63,936 nt of DNA, from NCBI GenBank assembly GCA_045589235.1, contig JAZNOR010000071.1, positions 1-63,936 of the forward strand, written 5' to 3'. The translations under genes and the position numbers were made by a program. Under the pieces are notes generated by a model, which saw only the letters and a program-made list of their open reading frames with translations, was not told the origin of the DNA and did not search any database. This DNA is from Eubacteriales bacterium (GTDB taxonomy: Bacteria > Bacillota > Clostridia > Oscillospirales > JAAYXM01). Each line of letters begins with the position of its first letter. Position 1 is the stretch's first letter. This document shows, in pieces, positions 47,177 through 56,011 of the stretch.

Positions 47177-47763
47177 TTTTCAGCATCCTCCATTGCGCAA
47201 ATAGCCTCAAATGCCTCGGTTGCAATCCTTCGATAGTTGTCAGAATTACTTCCTTCACGCTTTTCAGGATAAATTGGTTCTCCTATTGAAACTATCGTTT
47301 TGTGAAAAATCTTCTGAACACTTGAAAGATATATTGGAACTATCGGCACGTTGGCACGCATCGCAATCATTGCAACGCCGGTTTTAACCTCATCAGCTTC
47401 CATATGTCCATTTTTCATTCTGTGACCTTCAGGAAAAAGAAGAAGCTTACCTCCACTTTTTAATATGCTAAGACTTGTTCTTATCGTTGCAAGGTCAGCT
47501 GCATCGCGGTCAACCGGAAAAGCTCCAACTGCGCGAAAAAAAGCCCCGATTAGTTTGTTTTTGAATATTTCTTTTTTTGCCATAAAAGTAAGCTTGTGTT
47601 TTGGGGTTATTCCGACTGCAATAAGTACAGGGTCAAGCATTGTTGTGTGATTTGCACACAACACAGCTGCGCCCTGCGGAATATTATTGAGTCCAATTAC
47701 TTTTATCCTATAAAGCAGCATAAAAAACGGATATAAAATTGAAACTAAAACTCTATATAACAT
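47164..47763 (-). CDS. plsC: 1-acyl-sn-glycerol-3-phosphate acyltransferase
   Basis: 199 aa. NHTTMLD (HX4D) and FPEGHR motifs. Confidence 0.85.
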   Translation of the reverse strand: MLYRVLVSILYPFFMLLYRIKVIGLNNIPQGAAVLCANHTTMLDPVLIAVGITPKHKLTFMAKKEIFKNKLIGAFFRAVGAFPVDRDAADLATIRTSLSILKSGGKLLLFPEGHRMKNGHMEADEVKTGVAMIAMRANVPIVPIYLSSVQKIFHKTIVSIGEPIYPEKREGSNSDNYRRIATEAFEAICAMEDAEKCVK

Positions 47764-48435
47764 TTAGTTGATCCTTTCCTTGATGATATTTCTTAAAATA
47801 CCTACACTTGCTTCCAATGTATTGCCTGTTGTATCGACAAGGATGGCATCATCTGCCTGTCTAAGTGGTGCTACCGCACGGTTTGAATCATTAAAATCGC
47901 GTTCTTTAATATCGTTAAGTACAGTTTCAAAGTCAACATTTTGACCTTTGGCCATAAGTTCAAGAAAACGACGGCGTGCACGGTCCTCACAAGATGCAGT
48001 TAAAAATATTTTAATTTGTGCATTAGGTAAAACAACCGTTCCGATGTCGCGACCATCCATAATTACATTGTACTTTTCCGCATAATCGCGCTGTGTTTGA
48101 AGCAGAAACGCACGAACCGACGGATGCGCCGAAACTTTTGATGCATAAGCCGATATGTGATGTTCGCGAATTGCATTCGTTACATCTTCACCATTTAAAA
48201 ACATACACTGTACGCCCTCTTTATACATAAGCTCGATTTTAATATCCGGTAAAAGTGCGCTAACATCATTCTCATTTTCCGGATTTACACCAGAACGATA
48301 AGTATATAATCCTACAGTACGATAAATAGCCCCTGTATCGACATACAAAAAGCCAAGTTCTTTTGCAAGAAGTTTAGCAATAGTACTTTTTCCTGCTCCT
48401 GACGGTCCGTCAATAGCGATTGCAATGTTTCCCAT
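47764..48435 (-). CDS. cmk: Cytidylate kinase
   Basis: IAIDGPSGAGKST P-loop. 223 aa. Confidence 0.95.
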   Translation of the reverse strand: MGNIAIAIDGPSGAGKSTIAKLLAKELGFLYVDTGAIYRTVGLYTYRSGVNPENENDVSALLPDIKIELMYKEGVQCMFLNGEDVTNAIREHHISAYASKVSAHPSVRAFLLQTQRDYAEKYNVIMDGRDIGTVVLPNAQIKIFLTASCEDRARRRFLELMAKGQNVDFETVLNDIKERDFNDSNRAVAPLRQADDAILVDTTGNTLEASVGILRNIIKERIN

Positions 48436-48446
48436 TTTTATCCCCC

Positions 48447-48854
48447 CTAAATTGCTCGATGACCAATTCCAATAGCAGTCTCATTTAGGTGAACAAGACC
48501 AACACCGAAATACATAGCAACACAAATGTGGTCTCCCATCCGTGCAATACCAATTTTGCCACCAATATTAAGCCCAAGAGCTTTTCCGGTAATCTGCGTA
48601 ACCGCCTCGTGTGCAGCACCGGCAACAGCGCCTTCTTCGTTGTGCGCATCCGAAATAACATCCTCGCGTTTTGCGGCTACAATTGCTCGTTCAATTATTT
48701 TTCCTATCGACGATATATACTCACCGCCAAAATTAACTGCCGCGGCAGCAATTCCGTTTGCGCGCATAGTTTTAATCAACGTTTTTTCCTGTTCTATAGT
48801 ATCAGTTACTGCAAGTCTAATCGCCGAAGCCATTATCTCCTTACTTCCAAGCAT
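48447..48854 (-). CDS. HutP-family protein
   Basis: Start ATG 48854 after GAGGAGG. About 135 aa with Ala/Gly-rich HutP-like core (AVAGAAHEA...GDH). No hut genes nearby. Confidence 0.6.
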   Translation of the reverse strand: MLGSKEIMASAIRLAVTDTIEQEKTLIKTMRANGIAAAAVNFGGEYISSIGKIIERAIVAAKREDVISDAHNEEGAVAGAAHEAVTQITGKALGLNIGGKIGIARMGDHICVAMYFGVGLVHLNETAIGIGHRAI

Positions 48855-48855
48855 T

Positions 48856-50091
48856 TTATTCCTCCTCACTCATTGCCATAGCTGCCACATAAGCAGTTGA
48901 CCATGCAATTTGTAAATTAAAGCCACCTGTATAAGCATCAGTATCAATAACTTCACCTGCAAAATACAGACCGTTCTTTTTCTTGGACATCATCGTTTTG
49001 GGATCAATCTCTGAAACCGAAACGCCGCCTGAGGTTATAACCGCCTCTGAAACAGGTCTCGTATCAAAAATTTTAATCAAAAACGCTTTAAGCGTGCTCA
49101 CAAGCCGCATACGCGCTTTTTTATCAACAGAATGAACTTTTGTGTCGCAACTGATTTCGGCTTGTTTTAACACGGAAGGAATCAGTTTAACTGGCAACAA
49201 AGCACGCAGTGCATTTGATATATCTTGATTTTTTCTTTCATTAAAATCACGTAAAATTCTGGCATTGAGTTTTTCTGCATCAAGACCGGGTTTTAAATCA
49301 ATTTTCGCTGTATAAGTATCATTTCCAAAATCACGCATATGGGCACTTGCCGATAAAACAAGCGGCCCCGATATACCAAAATGCGTAAAAAGCATCTCAC
49401 CAAGCTCCGAGAAAACACAGGAATTCTTTTTATTATAAACAGATAGCGTCACGTTTTTAAGCGTGAGTCCCTGCATATTTGCGCAAATTTCTTTTTCAGC
49501 AACCAACGGAACAAGCGATGCATGCGGAGAAACTATTTTGTGACCCGCCGATTCCGCAAACCTGTATCCATCACCGGTTGAGCCTGTAAGAGGATATGAA
49601 ATTCCACCCGTTGCAATCAAAACGGCATCGGAAGTAATTCTATCCTTTTCCGTTATAACACCACAAACACTGTCATTTTCATAAATAAGCTTAAGCACAG
49701 TATCATTTAGAACTTTTACATTGAGTTTTTTAATTTCACGGTTAAGTGCCTCGATAACCTCCTGCGCCTGATCAGATTCCGGGAAAACTCTGTTGCCACG
49801 CTCGGTTTTTAATTTAATTCCAAGCTCTTCGAAAAACTGCATTGTATCCTGTGTGCTAAAGCGCGAAAAAGCACCATATAAAAATCTTGCATTCTGCGGC
49901 ACGTTACTAAGAAGTGTCTCTCTATCGCAATTGTTGGTTAAATTACATCTTCCCTTACCTGTTATAGCAAGCTTTTTACCTAGCTTTTTATTTTTTTCAA
50001 TTAAAATTACGTTTACACCACATCGTGCCGCGACTATTGCCGCAAACATTCCTGCTGCGCCACCGCCAACAATTATTATTTTCTTACTCAT
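48856..50091 (-). CDS. NAD(P)/FAD-dependent oxidoreductase, HI0933/BaiN-like
   Basis: Start ATG 50091: MSKKIIIVGGGAAGMFAA dinucleotide fold. C-terminal GLYFAGEVID. Overlaps the rpiR stop (ATGAGTAA). Confidence 0.8.
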   Translation of the reverse strand: MSKKIIIVGGGAAGMFAAIVAARCGVNVILIEKNKKLGKKLAITGKGRCNLTNNCDRETLLSNVPQNARFLYGAFSRFSTQDTMQFFEELGIKLKTERGNRVFPESDQAQEVIEALNREIKKLNVKVLNDTVLKLIYENDSVCGVITEKDRITSDAVLIATGGISYPLTGSTGDGYRFAESAGHKIVSPHASLVPLVAEKEICANMQGLTLKNVTLSVYNKKNSCVFSELGEMLFTHFGISGPLVLSASAHMRDFGNDTYTAKIDLKPGLDAEKLNARILRDFNERKNQDISNALRALLPVKLIPSVLKQAEISCDTKVHSVDKKARMRLVSTLKAFLIKIFDTRPVSEAVITSGGVSVSEIDPKTMMSKKKNGLYFAGEVIDTDAYTGGFNLQIAWSTAYVAAMAMSEEE

Positions 50092-50950
50092 TTTCAAACT
50101 TCTCATAAACGTCATATTCCTCCCAGATTTGCTCAAGCTTATGGAAGGTATTTGATACTTCGCTCTCTTTTTTAAGACTCGTAGCAACGATCAGCGCATT
50201 GATAAGACTGAGTGGTGCAACTAAAGAGTCAACAAAAGATATCATATTTCCGTGCGCAACAAGCTTATGTTTTGCAAACTTATTTAGCGGTGAACGCATA
50301 CTGTCTGTAATTGAAATTACACCTGCACCTTGTGCTGCAGCATACTGCATTGCATTAACCGTACGTTTTGAATAACGAGGAAAGCTTATTCCTATAAGAA
50401 CGTCATCATTAGAAATTCGTAAAATCTGCTCGAATATTTCACTTGTGCTTGCTGTTTCAACCACAAAAACATTAGGAAAAATAAGTCGGAAATAAAAACC
50501 CAAAAACTGAGCAAGAGCAGCACTTGACCTTACTCCAACAATATAGATATTCTTAGCGTTAATAATTGTGTTAACAGTATCGTCAAACTGAGTTCTGTCA
50601 GAACTGTTGAGCGTATCTAATATGTTATCAACATCTGAGCGTAAAACGGATTCAAATACATTTTGCGTGTCCATGCGATTGTTTGCAACTTCTATACGCT
50701 GAACAGCGGTTAATTTATTACGAACAATTTCTTGCAAAGCTTTTTGCATTGAAGGATATCCTTCATAACCAAGCTCAACAGCAAATCTGACAACGGTAGA
50801 TTCACTGACAGATATTGCCTTACCTAGTTTTGCCGCTGTCATAAAAGCTGCTTTATCATATTGATTTATTATAAAATCAGCAATTTTTCTTTGGCTTTTT
50901 GAAAAATTGGGCATATTTTTTTCCATTTTTTTAAGTAAATTATCGCTCAT
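50084..50950 (-). CDS. MurR/RpiR family transcriptional regulator (HTH + SIS)
   Basis: 288 aa. N-terminal HTH_6-like (SESTVVRF) and C-terminal SIS domain. Confidence 0.85.
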   Translation of the reverse strand: MSDNLLKKMEKNMPNFSKSQRKIADFIINQYDKAAFMTAAKLGKAISVSESTVVRFAVELGYEGYPSMQKALQEIVRNKLTAVQRIEVANNRMDTQNVFESVLRSDVDNILDTLNSSDRTQFDDTVNTIINAKNIYIVGVRSSAALAQFLGFYFRLIFPNVFVVETASTSEIFEQILRISNDDVLIGISFPRYSKRTVNAMQYAAAQGAGVISITDSMRSPLNKFAKHKLVAHGNMISFVDSLVAPLSLINALIVATSLKKESEVSNTFHKLEQIWEEYDVYEKFENE

Positions 50951-50997
50951 AGTTTAACCGCCCTTTAAATAGCATATATTTATAGTTTATTCATTTT

Positions 50998-51609
50998 TTA
51001 CTCAAAATGCAAGATATTTTTCATTTCAGACACAAGAATTTTGTATTCATCAAAGCTAAGTAATAAGTTAATCGCTTCAAGCAATGCATTAGCGGACATA
51101 TATTTGGGTAACCCCAACTTTTCAAGTAAAAGCATACGTAACCTAGAGCTCATCGGATTACCCGACAGACCATCTTCATAAAAATGCGTTTTAGTTATTT
51201 TTTTAGAATTGTCACAAGTTGAATCAGAATCCAAAAAAGTAGCACCTGCACGCTTTAATGATTCAATTATAATTTCATCGCTTATACCTTCGACACCCAA
51301 AATTCCCTCTTTAGATGCTGAAGCTTTGCGCTTTTCTTTACCCTTGATTTGAGGAATATATGCGTGTAGAACCTTTTCTTTTGATAAAAATCCTCGCAAA
51401 TGATTTCTTATAACAAAGCCTGCACCATCACTATCAGTTAGTATAACAATTCCACGTATGTCACAGATTTTTTTTAACAGTGCACGTTTTTCAATGTCGT
51501 TAAAAACTCTGAAACCGGACGTTTCTATTATCACGGTGTCAATAATTTGAGAGAGCTTGTTTTTATCATATTTCCCCTCAACAACAACTGCTTCTTTAAT
51601 TCTTAGCAT
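50998..51609 (-). CDS. rnmV: Toprim-domain protein, ribonuclease M5-like
   Basis: Start ATG 51609. VVVEGKYDK...ILTDSDGAGF..IR Toprim motifs. Confidence 0.6.
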   Translation of the reverse strand: MLRIKEAVVVEGKYDKNKLSQIIDTVIIETSGFRVFNDIEKRALLKKICDIRGIVILTDSDGAGFVIRNHLRGFLSKEKVLHAYIPQIKGKEKRKASASKEGILGVEGISDEIIIESLKRAGATFLDSDSTCDNSKKITKTHFYEDGLSGNPMSSRLRMLLLEKLGLPKYMSANALLEAINLLLSFDEYKILVSEMKNILHFE

Positions 51610-52630
51610 TCCAATCACCACCGACTGCAAGGCGTACTATAAGTTCCTCAAGTACCTCGCTCTTAGCGCCAAGTTTTAACTTAGTATCAGCTTGTGCACA
51701 AAGTATTACTGCCTCACGCGCCCAATTTAATTTTACGTTACGCGCTGCATTCATAATGATGCGTGCCGGATATTCTGAGCGAAAGTTACATATCTTCATA
51801 AGCTCGGTTACGCTTCCGCCGCGATTATTTAACAGACACGCAGTATATATTTGTCGCATCTGTCGACCGACTAGTGCCAAAAGAGCAATCGGTTCTTCTC
51901 CAATCAATGTTAGCTTTTCAAGAATTTCAATTGCTTTTTTATATTTGCGCGCAACAATAGCATCTGTTAAATCAAACACAACAGCTTCAACATTAGGTGT
52001 TGCAACAGCATCTATGTCCTCACGCGTTATCTCTCCGCTTTTTGCATATGCAGAAATTTTTTCTATTTCAGGAATCAACGCCTGCATAAGGCTTCCGCAG
52101 TAAAAAATCAGGTATTCACATTCCTGATTGTCAATTGTATGTCCCAACGCTTTAAATCTCTTGCCAATCCAAGCTGATAATTGCTCACGCTCAGAACGTG
52201 TAAATTCAATTACTTCGCCCACTTTTGCCATAAGTGTGTATAATTTCAGCCTTTTATCCGGCTTAAACTCTGCGGGATATATTAGGAGCAAGCAGCAATA
52301 TTCTGGTAAGTCATTTAAAATTTCTGTAAATTTCTCTTTAGTTGCATCATCAGCTTTAAATATATCAAAATCTGATATTATAACAAGCTTTTTCTCAGCC
52401 ATAACCGGATATGAGTCTACAGCATCTGATAAGTCGTCGGCACTTATTGAACCTGACAGCTCAATCAAGTTAAATTCGGGCATATTATCGCCCACAACAG
52501 CCTTTTTAAGCTCTTCTTTATAAAAATCAACAAGATACCTTTCTTCACCGTAAAAGAGGTAAAATCGAGCAGTATTCCCATTAGAAATGTCTTGATTAAG
52601 TTTTTTGCAAATATCAACAGTTTTTGCCAA
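51596..52630 (-). CDS. holA: DNA polymerase III delta subunit
   Basis: TTG start 52630, 7 nt after AAGGAGGT (which lies inside the comEC 3' end). 344 aa. The track's upstream extension is spurious. Confidence 0.8.
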   Translation of the reverse strand: MAKTVDICKKLNQDISNGNTARFYLFYGEERYLVDFYKEELKKAVVGDNMPEFNLIELSGSISADDLSDAVDSYPVMAEKKLVIISDFDIFKADDATKEKFTEILNDLPEYCCLLLIYPAEFKPDKRLKLYTLMAKVGEVIEFTRSEREQLSAWIGKRFKALGHTIDNQECEYLIFYCGSLMQALIPEIEKISAYAKSGEITREDIDAVATPNVEAVVFDLTDAIVARKYKKAIEILEKLTLIGEEPIALLALVGRQMRQIYTACLLNNRGGSVTELMKICNFRSEYPARIIMNAARNVKLNWAREAVILCAQADTKLKLGAKSEVLEELIVRLAVGGDWNAKN

Positions 52631-52631
52631 T

Positions 52632-54908
52632 TTAATTACCTCCTTTAACAAATTTATCAGAATAAAACACAATATCACCATCAGTGTCCGTTCTGCGCAC
52701 GGCAATTCCCATATTATTAAACAAATCAAGTGTTCGTTTATGCGGATGTCCATAATAATTGTCAGCACCGACAGAAACAACGGCAAGTTCAGGTAAAATT
52801 CTGTTCATTAGCTTAAGCGATGATGATGTATCAGAACCGTGATGCCCAGTTACATAAACCTCTGTATCAAAAAGCTCATATTTTTCACAAAGCAGTTCCT
52901 CGGATTTTTGTTCTAAATCCCCTGTTACTATAAGTTCAAAGTCGCCTTTTTTTAATACAGTAACCAATCCTTGCTCGTTCTCGACATCAGACCAACCTGT
53001 TGGATATATTATACATTCCATTCCATTTAATTTCAACTGTGTTTCATTTGATACATAGTGAATTTCTGTGCCGCATCTATTTGCAGATTCTGCAATATTT
53101 TTAAATACATCATCTTCTTTCGCCTCAATAGGAACATATAAATTCAAAACTTCCATCTGTTCAATCAAACGCTTTGCGCCGTTTACGTGATCGGAATGCA
53201 TATGCGTTAAAATAAGTATATCAATGTTTTGAGACTTTATCTTTTTAATATATTTACTCGTTATGTTCCCTGCATTGATACTTCGACTTCCGCCACAATC
53301 CACAACAACGCAACTGTCATTATAATCTGCAACCAAGGATGCACCCTGCCCTACATCTAAAACCGAAAAGCGGATACCCTTAAAAGAGGACCTCTCTTCT
53401 GTTGCAAAATTCAAGATTATAGTTACAATCAAAACGAATAGAACAGCTAAACCCGGAATAATAAACTTCTTCTTATTTGTTTTTGTAAAGAAGAAAATCA
53501 TTGTGTAAATATAAATAGCAAAAATAGTTACAAAAATGTTATCAACAAAAATTTCGGCAAATGGTAATTTTGCCAAAAAATCGCTACAGAAAATTATAAA
53601 ATCAGAAATTAAATCAACTATGCACATAACAATTTGCCCCAAATTAATTGACACAAATGATATTGCAATACCAGTAATCGAACCATAGAAAAGCGCAGTT
53701 ACTGCCCAAATCAGAAGCAAATTACTAATTGGTGCAACGATTGATATAACTTTGAAGTTCCAAAAGATAATAGGCGTTGTGAATAAAATTGCGCTAAGCG
53801 TTCCAGAAAGCGTCGACGCAAAAAACGCAATTGCTCTTTTTATTCTCTTGTTTTTAATTTTTATATGTGATATAAGCAAATTATTAAATTTTCCGCTATA
53901 AATAATAAGACCCAATGTTGCACTAAATGATAATTGAAATCCTATGTCTAAAACTGTATACGGATTACAAAACAAAATCACAAACATAGCAATGCAAAGT
54001 GAGGTTACACTATCAGCTTCGCGCTTTATAATTGTTGCGCTAATGAACATAATCTGCATAATAAGTGCGCGCACAATGGATGGCGGCGCACCGACAACTA
54101 AAGTAAATAAAATCAATATCGGAATTGATATAAATGCGGATAATTTTCTACCAAAAATAAAAATCATTAAATTTGCCAGAAATGCAAGATGCATACCAGA
54201 CACGGCAACAACATGAGCAAGTCCTGCAGATGAAAAGTTATTTTGATCCTTCAATGTGAAATCGGTTTTATCGCCGAGTAAAACAGCGTTAACTAACCCT
54301 GCATTGCGTTTTGGCAGCAATTGTTTAACCCTTTCACTGACTACATTTGAGATATATTGTGGCAAATACTTAATGTTAAATTTTGTATTTCTTTCTATTG
54401 TAACAGAATCGTTGCAAAATCCTATCACATCTATACCACGAGTTTTATAGTATGTAAACGCATTAAAATCTTCATCATTTACAGGAATTTCGAATTTACA
54501 TTCTCCACGAACAATGTCACCCGGAGATAACTCTAAATTTTTGTCGTTAAAATAAATTCTTGCTGTAAAATTATTAGGTGACTTGACATCTAAATCGCAA
54601 ACAATCCCGGTTTTTAAATTATTATCAAATGAAAAACCTTTTGCTATTGCCATAAATTCAACCTTTGTACTTTGGAGTTGTGGCAAATCAGTTAAATTCA
54701 AATAAAGAGGAAACCAACAGAGCGCAACAGAAAGCCCTAAAATTCCGGCAATTGCTTGTTTTTTATATTGAGTTAAAGTCAATGCTAATGTTAAAACCGC
54801 AAATATTGAACACAAAGCGATGCATACAGATGTTGTAAAGCCAAAAATATTTATCACAAACAAAGAAATTGCAAAAGAAACTGCAAAGAAAGCAAAATAC
54901 CTTTTCAC
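52632..54908 (-). CDS. comEC: DNA internalization competence protein ComEC/Rec2
   Basis: 758 aa. Polytopic competence domain plus C-terminal metallo-beta-lactamase (HMHSDH). Confidence 0.9.
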   Translation of the reverse strand: MKRYFAFFAVSFAISLFVINIFGFTTSVCIALCSIFAVLTLALTLTQYKKQAIAGILGLSVALCWFPLYLNLTDLPQLQSTKVEFMAIAKGFSFDNNLKTGIVCDLDVKSPNNFTARIYFNDKNLELSPGDIVRGECKFEIPVNDEDFNAFTYYKTRGIDVIGFCNDSVTIERNTKFNIKYLPQYISNVVSERVKQLLPKRNAGLVNAVLLGDKTDFTLKDQNNFSSAGLAHVVAVSGMHLAFLANLMIFIFGRKLSAFISIPILILFTLVVGAPPSIVRALIMQIMFISATIIKREADSVTSLCIAMFVILFCNPYTVLDIGFQLSFSATLGLIIYSGKFNNLLISHIKIKNKRIKRAIAFFASTLSGTLSAILFTTPIIFWNFKVISIVAPISNLLLIWAVTALFYGSITGIAISFVSINLGQIVMCIVDLISDFIIFCSDFLAKLPFAEIFVDNIFVTIFAIYIYTMIFFFTKTNKKKFIIPGLAVLFVLIVTIILNFATEERSSFKGIRFSVLDVGQGASLVADYNDSCVVVDCGGSRSINAGNITSKYIKKIKSQNIDILILTHMHSDHVNGAKRLIEQMEVLNLYVPIEAKEDDVFKNIAESANRCGTEIHYVSNETQLKLNGMECIIYPTGWSDVENEQGLVTVLKKGDFELIVTGDLEQKSEELLCEKYELFDTEVYVTGHHGSDTSSSLKLMNRILPELAVVSVGADNYYGHPHKRTLDLFNNMGIAVRRTDTDGDIVFYSDKFVKGGN

Positions 54909-54926
54909 TTACCCACACTCAATTCT

Positions 54927-54965
54927 ATAAAAAAACGAGGGGAGAATAAATGCTCCCCTCGTTTT
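54927..54965 (-). terminator. Terminator after fba
   Basis: aacgaggggag/ctcccctcgtt stem followed by a T7 run on the minus strand. Confidence 0.75.
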
Positions 54966-54977
54966 AAGGTTTTAAGG

Positions 54978-55907
54978 TTAGATTTTGTTGTCGCTTCCGA
55001 GAACATTAACGATCTTATGCTTAACAAGCTCTTTGATGTTTGCGCGTGCCGGTGAAAGGTACTGACGCGGGTCAAAGTGCTCCGGATGCTGATTGAAGTA
55101 CTCACGGATACTTCCTGTCATAGCAAGACGGAGGTCAGAGTCGATGTTAATCTTGCATACTGCCATTGAAGCAGCCTTGCGAAGCATTTCTTCCGGAACG
55201 CCCTGTGCACCCGGCATATTACCGCCGTTTGCATTAATCATTTCAACGAACTTCGGAATAACTGAAGAAGCACCATGTAAAACGATCGGGAAATTCGGTA
55301 AACGCTTTGAGATTTCTTCTAAGATATCGAAACGAAGACGCGGCTCGCCTTTGAACTTAAAAGCACCGTGGCTTGTTCCGATAGCGATTGCAAGTGAGTC
55401 AACACCTGTGCGAGTAACAAACTCCTCAACCTCAGCAGGATTGGTGAACTGAGCATCTTCATCAGATACATTAACATCATCCTCAATACCTGCGAGCTTA
55501 CCAAGCTCACCCTCGACAACAACGCCGCGAGCATGTGCATAATCAACAACTTTTTTGGTAAGTTCAATATTCTCTTCAAAAGAATACTTTGAACCGTCAA
55601 TCATAACAGAAGTAAAACCGCCATCAATACATGACTTACAAATATCAAAGCTGTCACCGTGGTCTAAGTGAACACAAATCGGAAGGTCTGTGTCTTCGAT
55701 TGCAGCTTCAATAAGCTTCATAAGATAAACGTGCTTTGCATACTTACGAGCGCCTGCAGATACCTGAAGAATAAGCGGAGAATTAACTTCCTTCGCAGCT
55801 TCGGTAATACCCTGAACGATTTCCATGTTATTAACGTTGAATGCGCCAATAGCATAACCGCCCTCATAAGCCTTTTTAAACATTTCGGTTGAAGTAACAA
55901 GTGGCAT
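54978..55907 (-). CDS. fba: Class II fructose-bisphosphate aldolase
   Basis: Start ATG 55907 after AAGGAGA: MPLVTSTEMFKKA... HLDHG and GTSHGAFKF motifs. Confidence 0.95.
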   Translation of the reverse strand: MPLVTSTEMFKKAYEGGYAIGAFNVNNMEIVQGITEAAKEVNSPLILQVSAGARKYAKHVYLMKLIEAAIEDTDLPICVHLDHGDSFDICKSCIDGGFTSVMIDGSKYSFEENIELTKKVVDYAHARGVVVEGELGKLAGIEDDVNVSDEDAQFTNPAEVEEFVTRTGVDSLAIAIGTSHGAFKFKGEPRLRFDILEEISKRLPNFPIVLHGASSVIPKFVEMINANGGNMPGAQGVPEEMLRKAASMAVCKINIDSDLRLAMTGSIREYFNQHPEHFDPRQYLSPARANIKELVKHKIVNVLGSDNKI

Positions 55908-55942
55908 AATGACATCTCCTTTTTTCATTTCATACAATTTAT

Positions 55943-55970
55943 ATTGTACCACAAATTCCGCTAAAATCAA
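55943..55970 (-). promoter_or_regulatory. Promoter for fba (extended -10)
   Basis: Minus strand TTGATT, 16-nt spacer ending in TGg, TACAAT. Confidence 0.55.
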
Positions 55971-56011
55971 GCGTTTTTTTAATATTTAAATATTTTTTTA
56001 CATAGCCATAA

